Positions 1 through 14,110 are shown, counted from the whole stretch's first letter. The stretch: DNA of 55,298 bases, filler included, from Sluysia triapertura (GCA_046118255.1; 4 parts of 4 records of this genome joined end to end with filler, not necessarily neighbours in it); one strand, 5' to 3'. The notes: generated by a model not told the origin, from the sequence alone. Program-made: numbers and translations.

Positions 1-1289
1 AGATAAAACCCTGTAAAGGCTTATTTCTTTGTATTGTTTCATTATTTTATCTTAATTTAAGTGTTTTATATGCTTATTCCACTATTAGAGTTCATTATAA
101 TACCTTATCTTAGTTTTTTAATAACGCTCTACTTATCATATTATCCCAAGTTTTAACCCTTATATCAACCCTTATCTTTCACTAATCCCAACAAAATCAT
201 ATTTTTCACACTTCATTTTGAATAAATGTTTAAATCAGTTACAATTTTAAATTAATGATGTTTGAATAAAGTATTGAATATTTATTTGAGTCGCATTTAG
301 ATAACCTATTCACAATAAGCTCTAGTGTTGTTTGACCTTCAATGTCTCGATAAATGTATCCCTTACGTTTACTATACAAAATCCTGTGGTCAAGCAATTT
401 TGTAAGTATTGGATCACAGGCGAACACTTAAATTAATTATTCATGATAGTAGGCTTTGAAATTAAAGGAACCACATCACATCTGATGATAACGATAGATA
501 GCAAAATGTAGTAATACATGCAACCTGATAAAAAATTAGAAATTTTAATAAATCAAGAGGATATCGTCTAGGTTAAAATACTTCCAAAACTGATGTAGCA
601 GGAATGCAATATAAAGGTCCACATAAAATTATAAACTGTATAACTTGTGATTTAAATATCAAATGTCGTAAGAGACACCATATCTAATATAGGAAACAGT
701 TATTATTTAATTATTTCTCATTTTATTAGTATTTTTATATTTCAAATCAAAAGAAATATATTTAATGAAACTAAAATCTTTCCTGACATTAAATAGATTG
801 CAGAAATAAGTCTGGTACTTCCTAGGCTAATTTTACAGATAACGCAACTAGTTTTAAATTAAAATATATTTTCAATGTAATTTATCAAAATGTATCTAAA
901 GTATAAAAACATTATTGAAAGATATTGAAAAATAAATATATATAACAAAATAATTTGTTTTTAAATTAAAAAATATTACAATGTGAATTCCAGTTTTTTA
1001 AATATTTTTTGAAATGTTCATACGAACTTAACAGTAAATTTGAAACAAAGCATGACTAAATTCAATATATGATTGTGTCAATTATAGTTCAATGGAAATA
1101 CTGAAATAACTTATTTTCATGTATTTCATTTGGAAAATTATTCCTTTAACATTTTGTTTATATTGAAATAAAGGAAAATTGTTTTAAAACTATATCATAA
1201 AATAATTAGATTTTTCTTTGAATTTAAAATATTATTTTTGAATGAAAATATATAACATAAAACATAATATAAAATATATAATATAAACA

Positions 1290-1988
1290 ATGTTGAAGTT
1301 AATAAATCGATTGTATTCGAATGCAAATTTTTCTCCTTCGAAAATTCGTAGTACATGGAAGCCTCCGACTACTATTGATGTTGAGCATCTTCAAAAAGTT
1401 ATCGAACGAGATAATTTAGAAATGCGGCATGAATTAAAGTCTTTTATAAAAGAAAGCAAACTTTTTATACCTCGTTATAATATTGATATAAGAACAGAAA
1501 GAGAGTTAGCACTACAACGACTAAAATTGATATGTCAAAATAATTTTATATCCGTTTTAAATTTTAAAGATAATCCTTGGAAAATTTTTGCTACTCACGA
1601 AATAGTTTCGACGGCAGATCCTTCAACAGCCACTAAAATGACTGTTCAGTTTAATTTATTTGGAGGAACAATTTTGAATTTAGGTACCGAGAAACACCAC
1701 AATTCATTCTTAGAAGAAATTGATAATTTAGATAGTATTGGGTGTTTCGGTTTAACTGAATTAGGATATGGTAATAATGCTGTTGAAATGGAAACGACTG
1801 CTCATTTTGATGAAAACACTGATTCGTTTATAATAAATAGTAATACAACCCAAGGTCAAAAATATTGGATAACAAATGGAGCTATTCATGCTCATTATTG
1901 TGTTGTATTTGCTCAATTAATTAGTAAATGTCAAAATCATGGTGTTCATGCATTTCTTGTTCCAATAAGAAATAAAAATACTATGAAG
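1290..1988 (+). CDS. Acyl-CoA oxidase family protein (ACOX3/ACOX-like), exon 1 (233 codons); gene 3'-incomplete
   Basis: Translation has acyl-CoA oxidase motifs: KMTVQFNLFGGTI, GCFGLTELGYGNN, ETTAHFD...FIINS...QKYWITNGAIHAH, VVFAQL...GVHAFLVPIR. GT donor at 1989. Confidence 0.9.
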
Positions 1989-2029
1989 GTATATATACCA
2001 TAACCGTTTGTATACATAAATTTATATAG

Positions 2030-2266
2030 AGTCTTCCTGGAGTGACAATTGAAGATATGGGACACAAAATGGGATTGAATGGTGTTGATAATGCGAAACT
2101 GGCGTTCGAAAATGTTAAAGTTACTCGAGATGCTTTACTTGATAGATATACAACTATTACAAAATTAGGAGAAGTTCAGAGTGAGATTCCATCAATTAGA
2201 GGGCGTTTTCTGAATGTTGCGGATCAATTATTATCCGGCAGAATTTGTATTGCTTCAATTGCTTTA
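2030..2266 (+). CDS. Acyl-CoA oxidase family protein, exon 2 (SLPGVTIEDMGHKMGLNGVDNA...LLSGRICIASIAL)
   Basis: A 41-bp phase-0 GT..AG intron (1989-2029) joins the exons in frame. PGVTIEDMGHKMGLNGVDNA is the ACOX signature. Probable GTTAGT donor at 2267, after which the ORF becomes intron-like. Downstream exons were not found. Confidence 0.87.
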
Positions 2267-5149
2267 GTTAGTTTAAATAAATTTAAAATAAATATTTGTT
2301 TGATTTTTAGCAGTTTTTATGCTTTGTTTGTTACTCTATTTTTAGGTTATTTTAAATCCTTTCATTGTTAATATTTATAATTAGTAATTAATGTGAAGCA
2401 CTTTGTAACATTTTTTTATTTTACAAGATAAAAAGTTCTGCTTTGTAGTAAAGCAACTTACATTAAATTATTTTGTCACTCCTATCTTCGAATTTTGGGA
2501 ATCTATTGTTAATTTAGTTACATCTATTCAGTTATATTCGAATTAATTTCAGTGTTAGTCTTTTGCCTCTAAGAATTTTGTCACGAATCTCTATCAACAT
2601 GGGCGTATTTACTTGAACTTACATTTAGTGTTCAGATTTTTGGTATTTGAACTCAGCTATTAATTAATTTTAATATCATTGTTATATTATTAGTTCTTGT
2701 ACTTTCTGACAAAATTTTCATAAAAGCAAATTAATTTTTTTAATAAACATAATGTTTCATTATAATTATTAATATTAATGTAATTACCATACTTTATAAA
2801 AAATATGTGCTGAAACAACATTTATTTATCTTTGGGATTTAAGTACAGTTAATTTAAAAATCTATAAATGTTAAATATCACAAATATATTAACGCCTTCA
2901 ATATAATAATATAATATAATTAATATAATAAGCCGAAATGGTATCAATAATACCTCTATTTAAAATGAAATGGTTTATAGTTTAATTGATATTTTATAAT
3001 CCCCTGGGTTTTACACTTCTATTTAAAATGAGGTTTAAAGAATGTACGACAAAAATACAAAGAACTACAGTTATTGTAAAATACAGGAATCAAGATTATA
3101 TTTTAGTTATTTAAAGAGTCTCGCTCGGAAATATTTTGATATTAAATTTAAGAGACTATTTAAAATGTCAGTTGAAAATTTAAGTGAATTTAAGTGCACA
3201 AAAGTTAACAATGAAAAACTAACGGTAATTTATACGTACAATGAAATATATCCGTGCGTAGGGAACTCTTTTAGTCATTTAATTTAAAGTTCTGAAATTA
3301 ATTTTAATTGTCTGGTGGTAAGTTTCGAAAGGTTATGGTCGGTTTGATTTTTTGAACAAAGTAAAATGTTGATGGTCGAAATTATTGACAACATAGCTAG
3401 TTTTGAACATAAATCGTTGTCTCTATATTTACACTTACGCATATTCATTACTATATTATCTATATTAACCATTATCTATATTAATTTATGTAACTACATA
3501 TATTTCTGTTGATGTTATTTCTTTTCACGTATTAATTTATTTCTTTATCTAAAATTAATTATTTATTTGAAACGTATTTTTATATTAACCATATGTTTAT
3601 TGAACTTTTATTTATTATTATTAGTAATAATATTATTTATTTTATATATATATTTATTTGAAATATACTTACTTTGATCAATTAATTATGCTTTTTAATT
3701 TTATGTATAATTTTAAAATAAAATTAATAGTGTTTTAATTTAACATTTAATTTATAATAATTGATTTTACTATCCTAAAGGTAGTATCCTTTTTTTGGTT
3801 TAAAATTTCCCCAACTTTCTCAAATGAATTTTCTCTAATAATCAATATTATAATAAAATTAAATAAAAACAATAAATATTATATTTTTATTAAGTAACGC
3901 AACTGTTTGGGGATAATTTATTATATTTATGCAAAATGTTTCTATGAACTTACAATGCAAATAGAATTCTGGAGTCCACCTAACAGAAACGGCTTAAGTC
4001 TGGTCGACGGCGGTCTAATAGGCTTTTAAAAGAAAGCTAAAATCTGATCTCGGAAGAGTCGCGTACAAACCTTTAAACTGTATCTCAATAATAGATAACT
4101 TTCTTTATATTTTAGATGATTTTGAGTTAGCCTTATTACGGTCTAGCAATGAAAGTTAATTTTAGCTTATATAATATTTAACTTCAAAACAACCACCTAT
4201 AAGGTATATTCTCTAAAACAAAAATCTTTCTTACACAAAGTACAAAATAAGATAAATATAATAACTACGTATTTTAATACTTAAATCTAAATTATTAGAT
4301 TTAGTATATAAAGTTTAATAAAATGTTAACTTATCCTTTTTACGGTATAAGTTAAAAAATTAATCAATTTTTTACGTGGATTTTACTTCTCCCAGTTGCG
4401 GTGAGGAAACTTAATATAAAAAATCTTACTTTACTCATGGAAACTGATAGATGATTGAATGTTTTCTTAGCTAATGACTTGTGAAAAATCCGTTAAACCT
4501 ACTGGTTTTATATATAATTTTCAGTAGCCATGTTGCTTGTTTACAAAATTAGTTTGATTAAACAAAATGATTTGTTTAAACAATTAACATAAATTTATTT
4601 TAAATTAAAATAATTTAAACATTTAGTTTTAAATTTAAACATTAAATTTTAATTTAATTATTTCAATTTTTAAAAAGTTAATTTCAATTTAATCTTATTT
4701 AATATTATTAGTTTTTCTAATATAATAAAAATAAATATTTTTTCTTAAATATAATAAAAATAAATAATAAAATGATTGATGCAATAAATGTCAAATAATT
4801 ATATAATAGAATAAAATTATTGTCAATATATGTTAAATGTTATAAGATTCAGTCGATTTAGCCAAGTATTTTGTCATCCTCACATTTGTAAAACATTTAC
4901 TTAGATTAAGTTATTAGTTAATTATAATGAAATTATTTACACAAGATGGCTTATTAACTGAATTATCATTTATTCGGTTATTTATTAAATACATCTATTA
5001 AATCGAAATTATCAAAATTAATGATAAGATTAATTAGGGAGGATGAGTAAGATATAAGACAAAGAATTTCTAAACAAAAATTTATAGCCCAGCAGCATGG
5101 GTCATAAAAGGAAGTAGAATAATTAAATTACAAACTCTTACTTTAATTT

Positions 5150-5950
5150 CTTTTACGATATGATGTCATGAGATGCGACAATAGTTGCAGACTTGAAATG
5201 GTAGGGCAGGTTCAGCACCTATTGGTAGGTTTGGTTCGTATCTAACTTTATTCTACGTGTTTCGTACGTCGCGTTAATTATTCGTCATATAATGAACATT
5301 ATGTATCATTTGTTTTATAGTTCAGGTTGCTTAGTTTTAGTACGGCGAACTTCGATTCTTTTGTTTCATATTTTATGTTAATTAGCTTTGGTATGATGAG
5401 CTTTATTCGATTTATTCGATACGTCATGTCTGTTAGTTGTGGTACATAGAATATTATTTCATTTGTTTTGGCATACATGTCTAGCAATGATAAACTTGTT
5501 CTTTCGCGTTTAATATTTTTACTATTTTAACTATTTAATTCTTTTCAAAAATTTATGTTGACTAAATTTATATGTGTACTGCTACTAATTTTGGTAGCGT
5601 ATTTATATTAAAGTGAATTATTACTACATCTTACGATGCAGTCTTAAAATTTTATAAATTTTTATTATAATTTTTACTATAATTTTGTTTCACAGTTTTC
5701 TCAATTTTTACTTGCTGGTGCATTTGCATTTTTATTTGAAAATCTTGTAATTTCATATTAAAAGAATTATTCAAACTTGTACCTCTTCGATTTTTCGCAC
5801 CTATTTCGATTAGTGAGAGTACTTGACAATGATTACGCTGTTGTTCGTGAATATGGAGTTTTATTTATTTCATATTTTGCAATTCTAGATGTTTTTTTAA
5901 TTTAGAAAGACTAGGAACGATTACACCAACATTAATGTTAAATTTATTTC
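5150..5950 (-). mobile_element. Decayed retroelement gag-like fragment with broken zinc knuckle
   Basis: The minus strand near 5150-5190 reads CNYCRIS*HHIV, a C-x2-C-x4-H knuckle with a stop. The surrounding sequence is interrupted coding-like DNA; boundaries are approximate. Confidence 0.35.
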
Positions 5951-6659
5951 TTTATAAATATCGCCAGTATTACACCGAGGTCTCATCTTATAACTAGATG
6001 GAGAAATTGTTTGTTCTTGAATTGATAAATATTTAATTAAATCATTCACAGTGAGATCATAGTAAATTTTCATATTTTAAATTTATTGCTTTAGAAGCAC
6101 TATTGAATGCTATTTTAGATTCAGGTGGTATTTTTTGGGAGATTCCTGATAAGATTAGAAATTTCTAATAAAAATTAGATTATTTTCAAAAAATTCCGCA
6201 TTAGAAATATTGTGTGAGGACATTGTTCTAGAAACAGTACACGTTTAATAGCTTGTGCAGAGAGTATTAGTGAAAATAAAAGATGTAATAAAGCTGAATC
6301 TATTTTCTGAATCTATCTTCTTACTTGGTGGGGAATAATTAGATGAGCGAATAGTATCACAATTTACATGGAGTCGTTTAGTAGGTGATACACTGGGTCG
6401 ACCTGATAATTGTTATTGTTATTATAGTTATATTGTTTCATCAATATTATAATTATCATTATTATACATTCATTATACATTATTATAAGTATTAGGGAAA
6501 ATATTGGTTAGTATAATATAACACAGTATTTTTCATGATTATTATTCTATGGCCATTGATTTTTTCAATTCTGCTCTACAATAATTCTTTTAGTAATCAA
6601 TATCTCTGCAGAGTTAATTTCGTTACACGGTTAATTCTATATTAAATATGCATCATATA

Positions 6660-7013
6660 CAAGGTGACCACATTTTTAGATGGGCAAAGCGGGACAACTC
6701 TGAAGGAGGGGGAAGTATCAGCAAAAATTTCAAATAGAATAAAAATAATATCGTAATATTTTTTTATTTTTAACATAAGTACAATTTATAAATATAAAAA
6801 ATTGTATAATATTTTATTCCTTGACATATTTGTTAGGCAATATATTAGTCGTCGTAGCCCGTAAGATTCATAGAACGCAAAACAATGATTTTCATGAATA
6901 TAAAATTAAACTTAATTCTAAAAGTCGGGACTTTTGAAAAACGTCGCAGGACGCGGGACAAATTATGAAAAATCGGGATTGTCCCGCCAAAAGTGGGACG
7001 TCTGGTCACTTTA
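6660..7013. mobile_element. Non-autonomous hAT-type MITE (354 bp)
   Basis: Imperfect TIRs CAAGGTGACCAC / TCTGGTCACTTTA, subterminal CGGGAC motifs, and a perfect 8-bp TSD ATCATATA at 6652-6659 and 7014-7021. Confidence 0.85.
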
Positions 7014-10000
7014 ATCATATAGTTTAATTCTATATACATTTGCAATTTTTTCCTTTAATAGTTAATATCATTTTATGTTCTAACTGCATGATTCATTTAC
7101 ATCCGTCTTGTAAATTTGCGTATGATACCGCTTTTTCTTAATTTCAATTTTAGTTTTGAATAGAAATCCCTTACTTTTTCTTTTGGATAATTATTGATAA
7201 TTTTCCTTTATTAAGTTTAAGTGTATTTTTGAAGTATTTATTTTCGATTTTCAGAGTTTTTGAGCTTTTATTTGCAATTATTAAAAGAATGAAATAAAAT
7301 TTTTTATTTATTTTATAATTTACTGATTATTTCAGAATTATTTTACTAAAATTTTGAAGACTATTTGAACCTCCGCCCTCAAAAAGCACTCAATGTTTTT
7401 ATTAACGTGGATGACGATCAGAATTTTAATAATTGAATTTGATATAATACATAAAAATAATGAGAAGACTTTATTTATCTTAAACACAAAAAGAAGGCGT
7501 AGCATAACATATTTTACATTTCACATTCCAAAATTTCAGTTATTTACTAACTTCAATGTTTTCCAACTGCATTTCTCATGTTTCCATCAATTCTCAACTT
7601 CAAACAATAAGTTGTCAACCCATATATAGCACGTGATGGAGAATTAACCCGTTGACCTTGAATTTTCGTAACATAGATGTGACCTCGTGGCTAGTCGTGC
7701 TGTTACGAGGAAATATTTCACTCTCGCATAGAAGACAATGATTTTGTAGAATAATTTTGCTTTTTTTTATTGTTGCTTATTAATTTTTCTTGTGTGAGTT
7801 CTCTATGACACCGAAGGGCCAGCACATAGATGGCAGTGTCGTAAGAAAGAATGGAGAGTTGGAGGTGAATAAAATGGATTTAACGTTTTTCTATTATCAA
7901 AATAATCTGGACACTTAAAATATACAATGAATGCATTTTTTCTTATTACGAGTAAATAATTTAGTATAATTCGGTTTCTTACAATAATAAAAACAAGCCG
8001 TTGTAATACAATTATTTATTCTCAAAATAACAAAATTCAATTAACTATAATTACACAAAAATGTCACACTTAAAAATTAACGAGATATACGATATAAATC
8101 AAATACACAAAAACGTTAATAAATTAAGATATAACGATATATTAAATATTTATTCGACACTCGTACTATTATAATAAGAATGAGAGTTTATTAATATTAA
8201 TTTGTAATTAATATTTTTTTCTATGGTAATTATATAACAAAAGAAATTTATGTAGTAACTGAAATTTACAAAGTTATTCTAATTTAATTTTACGTGTAGT
8301 TTATTTTGTTTTTTAAAATCAACTTCAAAATACAAAACTAACGATTTTTTAATTCAATCAATATTATCTATTTATTCTCTGGAATTTGAATAAAGCGATA
8401 AATAAAGTTTTGACGTATTTTATTGCTCTCCAATAATTTTAAATCAGTGTCTTCTTTAAATAAATTTCAATTTAATATCTTCTTTAAATCAATATAATAA
8501 ATTTCAAATTAATGTCTTCTTTACAAAATAATATTTAAATATTTTATTGTTGTGAGCTTAAACAAAATTTTATCGTATTTATAGTGTTTGTCAATATAGA
8601 ATTTCTCGCTGTAAACAAATGATAAACGATGTTTTTAGTAATATAAGTTTTTTAAATAATAATAATGTAATAGGTTTTAATGTATGAGTTAATGTAAAAT
8701 TCGCTTTGCTTCTTCTAAATCTTTAAATATTTATGCGTTATTTCTTTAATTTAATTTATTAAACTTTTGTCAATATGTCTGAATGCTATTTTATACTTTA
8801 TGTACTTGAAAAACTATTGCTCTCTATTATTAATTCAAATCTCTATAAATTTTTATAATTATTCTGAACTTTTTTATCAATGTTATCACTCGTCCTTGTT
8901 CAGGATAGAAGTGCTTAATAATAACTTTTTAACTCTATAAATATTAATTGATTCTAAACTTTATTAAATCCTTCAGGAATTGCTTATTCCTTGTTTAATT
9001 ATTTTAATATTATTATACGGACTCTAATATCAACCCCTTTAATTAACTGAAAGCTAAAAATATGTGATAATTATTTAATTCAAGTAAAACTTAAAAATAT
9101 TATATTAAATCAAGATGGTTAAAGTTATTAATTTTATTAAAGTTATTAATTATTGCAAATATAATCAATATGCTTATATTAATAAATTTTATGAATTCTT
9201 AATCTTAATTTGTTACTTTAACTTCAGCTAAATAATTAAAAGTAGAACAAAAAATTTGTTTTTTTAAAAATGAAAATTTATTAATAACTCGATTTTAAAA
9301 TTCAGACAAATAAAATGATAACTATAATTACCTGATCAATTAATTACAAATATATAAATTTACCAAATCATAAATTTGGTAAATACTGCAGACAATCTTT
9401 CAATAAATATGACTTTCCAAAATAAAATATTTTCGATCCTTTTTTGCCTACTAATAAATAAATTTTTTGTGTTGAGCTTTTATATTCACAGTTTTTATAG
9501 TATTCCAATTCAGTTAATATTAATATACGATTTAGTTAATAAATAAATAATAATCCAATATAATTCTGTTAATATAAATTTATTAATATCCAATATAATA
9601 ATAATTTATAAATTAAATAACATATACAAATTAAATAACTACAACTATCATTTTCTGTCTGAATTCTATATAGTTTTATTATTATTATATTAATTATTAT
9701 TTTTCCACTCTACCCAATCTTAATTTCAATTAATTTTGATCGAGTTTTATACTCTTAAATTTTGATTTCATATTATTATTGATTCTCATTTTAAGATAAT
9801 TTTTTGACTATAATAATAAGATTTAATATTTATAAATTCTAATTTCATATTAACTTTATAGAATCTAACTTTAAAATAATTATTTCTACATTTTCACTTT
9901 AAATTTCATTGTTATTAAATTTTAAATTTATATTAACTATATGTAATCTCATTTTAAATTAATACTAAAGCATTATAATCTCAATAATTTTTAAACAGTA

Positions 10001-11078
10001 TTAAAAATGAGTTTATTAAAAGTGATAAATTATTTTATTAATTAAAACTGATTAAAATTAAAATGAAAAATGAGTATTATGGAATTACATTATATATATT
10101 TAATGTAAAATCTGATCAAACATAATTCATTTTAATGTTTAATTAAATTAGCTTTTAATACAATGCAAAAGCTAATACAAGTATCAAAGAAAGATTAACC
10201 ATTTGAGTACAAGAAGAAATTTCATTTTTCGGCTCAAATTTATTATAATATAATTAAACGAATGATCAAAAAGTTGGTTAAAGTAACAATTTCCTTAACA
10301 ACTTTTTGTAATTCATTGACCAATGAAAACATTTTTGTAAAGTTTTAAATAATAAAATAATAATCTTAATTAATTTTCCGTGATCTAAGATTTTAATTTT
10401 ATAAGAATAAAAAAGTTTATATTATTTAATTATTACAATGTAAATAAAAAATATTTTCTTTATAGATTGCATAAAACAAGATATATTTGAATTCAAACCA
10501 CACTTTGAATAATCTCTACACAAAGTATAGTTCTTTTAGAGCATAATTAGATCTTTTCAAATACTGATAAAATAAAATGAAGCATTAAAAATGATTATAA
10601 AACAGTAAATATATTCTTAAAATAATTTCTTAAATATAAACTTGATATTTTCAGTATTGTCTTAATATTAATTCGTATTTTACATGAAATTATAATTTTA
10701 AAATTTAATGAAAATAATAACTAAACAATAATAGATTTTTTATTTTATATAAGCGGATATTCAACGGTTACTAGTACCTTATGCCACTTAAAAACATATC
10801 AAATAATATAAATACTCATCCCGCTCTTAAGTGGCAGTCCATAAAACGGGTACGAATACCCGCCCCGCTCATAATGTGTTAAAACAAGTGTACAATAAAT
10901 TAACTTTTGAATTATTGCATATCAATTGATATTTAAATGGACTTAATATCATTTTACAAGTACACTCAAAAAATCATAACTTATGTTTAGATTTTTCATG
11001 ATACATTCCAAACAAGAACTATTGATTAGTCATTAATTGTCTAACTATTAAGAGATCTTGTTTTGTCCGTATGTTTCT

Positions 11079-11083
<5 letters not shown>

Positions 11084-11152
<69 letters not shown>
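11084..11152. repeat. (AAT)n microsatellite running into an assembly gap
   Basis: Directly visible. Confidence 0.97.
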
Positions 11153-11252
11153 NNNNNNNNNNNNNNNNNNNNNNNNNNNNNNNNNNNNNNNNNNNNTTAA
11201 TTAATTAANNNNNNNNNNNNNNNNNNNNNNNNNNNNNNNNNNNNNNNNNNNN
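11153..11252. other. Assembly gap with artificial TTAATTAATTAA linker
   Basis: 44 N + 12-bp six-frame-stop linker + 44 N; the same construct occurs at 25578-25677 and 44404-44503. Confidence 0.95.
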
Positions 11253-13719
11253 CTTTATAGCTGAGGAACGCTGCCTTGATACATCTGTGGTTAACGGTGG
11301 TATCAGGGCTTAATCTTTAGTAAGTGATTAATATCAATATTTAAGATTAAGAGTTAAGAAAGGGTTAGTGATTTACTTTGTGTTGAATATATATTTTTGC
11401 ATTAATACGGGTGCTAAAGTTTAAGTAAGTTGTGTCACCCCTGGTTATAGTTTGTTTTTAAAAGAGTAGTTCATTTTTATAAAGGATAATTTGTAACGTC
11501 ATTTTTATAAAGACAATTCGTATTATTATAATTTATATAATCTGATTATATTGTTGATATTATATCAAATATATTGAGGTTTTGAGTTTATTTAATTATT
11601 GACTTTTGATTTAATAAATTGGGAAGGTTAAAGAATATTAAAAGACACAACAATCTGATTAAGTTTGACTGACTGCACCATGTAATTGTCAGAGTTATTA
11701 ATTACATGGTTTATGTGAGTAAATGTTTGAATGTGAAACTCAGGAATGACTGGATGATGAGAAAGTATAAAAAGGAATGCTTTTGATGGTCTACATCCTT
11801 TTGTTATCAATTTAAATCTACTTTTTGAAGTTTATAATATTTTTATTTTATTTAATTTTTGGGAATCTTATTATTTTACTATAAGTAATTTTTAATAGAT
11901 TTTCTGAAGTGTTACTTTTAAAAATAGAAAAAAATTAAACTGTACTGAGGAGGTCCCTTTCTTAGTTTTGTTTTTGATTGATTTTCTTTTGTTGCATCAC
12001 CATTGGTTTGTTGTACTAAATGCATAAACTATTGCTATTTGTGAAGTTTACTTTTCATTGAAATATAAAATATTTATCTTGTTTCGAATATTTTTTAATT
12101 TTAACAAATTTTAGATTTAGTATTAAACTGAAGATTATAAGTTATTCGTAAAGAATTACTAAGCAAGTAATAGATGATTACAAAAAGTAAAAACGGATTA
12201 CAATAAATTGTATTTGATTTTATGATTATTAGAATTAATGAGACTTTTGAGTTATTATTAATTTAAATTAAAAGATGAATCAAAAGAAGAAAAAGAAAAT
12301 CACAGTAATGCGATGGCATACCAAAATAATGATAATGAGGCAACTGTAGGTTGTAATGATTTATGAAACTAGTTTCTGTAATGTTGGTGGATAAAGTAAT
12401 AGTTTAAATTATTTAAGATTTTATTGTTTTAAGAGTTAATGTTTGGTATGAGAATTGAGTAAGTGTTATACGATGATATGTGTGATATGTTTTGATGTGC
12501 ATTCAAGATTGTACTTGTGTATATATAATTCTGGTGCAGTAGTATAATTGCAAGTGAATGAGTGAACCACATTCTACTATTTGAAATTTCTAATTATTTT
12601 TTTGTTGAGCCACTCTTGGCTTATCGAAGGATTTTTGTGTTAACAATATTATGCGAATCTCGATTTTTAATTGTTCAATACTTATATGTATTATTGACAG
12701 TTGATTTTTAATCGAATTTCTGTGTTCCATTTGAAAAGTAATTGTCAAAGTTGTTATGGTAGGAGATTTCTGATTGTGAATTTTGGAATGATTGGATGAT
12801 AAAAAATTTTATCACACAACAAAAACAAAATAAAAAATATCAAAATTATAATAATATGAAGTTCCATGCTCAGATAATAGTTTTAATTTTGTTTTTATAT
12901 TTTAAATAAGTTTTAATATTTAATATTTATATACGCTAATAAATATTTTGGCAATCCCCTTCCATTTTTTATTTAATATTTAAAATAATATTTAATATTT
13001 TTGAAGGAATTTCCCTTGGATTTTTTGTTTAATATAATAAAACTATTTTTAGTTATTTTTAGGGAATTCCTTTTTGAATTAAATTAAAATAAGTTTTATA
13101 TATTATCTTAGGAATCCCCGTGTTAAGTGTTATTGATTTATAAAATATAGATTGAATATTTTTGGGAATTTATTTTAAGTGTGTTTTTCGTAAAATATAA
13201 GGATTAGTACTGTTATAATAATGTCGCGTCCTTAAAATTATTAATTATACGACTCAATATTAACTTGATTAGCTAAAAGGAACCTCAATAATTTAAGTAG
13301 TCCGTATATCAATTATATTTTTGCAGCGATCTTCTTTTATAATATTAATAACTATTATACCAAATTTAAGTTCTTGAAAATATAATCAAAACCAAGGCAA
13401 TAATGTACTATTAAACAAAAATTCGTAATATAATTTATTATCAATAAGAATCTTTATCAAACGCTGAGAATCACTAAAACGACTAACAATAGCGTCTAAA
13501 ATAAAATCAAAGATAGGAAAATCCAATTCAGACAAAACAACCAAGAGTGACACAACAATAACGATATCTAGAAAATTAATAGTAAATATGTTATTTAAAT
13601 ATTTTAGGTCAACGTAACAAAGAGTGATCACGATTACAATAAAATCCTTTGGTAACAATAGCTTTAAAGAAAACATAACAATAATTTCTAAAGATAAAAC
13701 ACTTAGTATTTTGATAAAT

Positions 13720-14110
13720 TAAATTGCATAGGGAGTTCCTATTCAATGCACCTTAAAATAGCTGAAAATTCAAATATATTTTAAATATAATCTTCAACAA
13801 AAATTACGCAAACTGTTTCTAAATTAATTACCTTAAAAATAACTAAAATAACTAATCTTAACAAAAATTGCGTAGGAGTTGCTTCTAAAAGTATCTTAAA
13901 ATGTCTGAAAATTAAATATTATCGTCAACAAAAACTGCAAAGGGAGTTTCTTTCAAAAGTATCTTTAAAATATCTAAAAATTAAGTATTTTAATTCACAA
14001 AAATTACTTGGGGCGTTTCCCACAAAACTATTTTAGTAGTATCAAAAAATCAAATTTTAAAAATTTACAAAAATTACGTGGGTTGTTGCCCAAAAAAACT
14101 TTTAATAATG
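13720..14110. repeat. Degenerate ~60-65 bp minisatellite (AAAAATTRC..GGGAGTTYC core), about 6 units
   Basis: Recurring units: aaattgcatagggagttcc, aaaaattgcgtaggagttgc, aaaaactgcaaagggagtttc, aaaaattacttggggcgtttcc, aaaaattacgtgggttgttgcc. Confidence 0.65.

Noticed and set aside
239-427. 62-aa minus-strand ORF as a possible terminal exon
   Set aside because: No recognisable domain, and the frames downstream of the candidate acceptor near 526 contain stops; cannot be supported.
11197-11208. Palindromic TTAATTAATTAA, repeated at 25622-25633 and 44448-44459
   Set aside because: Always centred in a 100-bp N block; it is a six-frame-stop scaffolding linker, not biology.
13720-14110. CRISPR-like repeat/spacer array (also 17150-17380)
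   Set aside because: Units are degenerate with no unique spacers, there are no cas genes and the context is eukaryotic.
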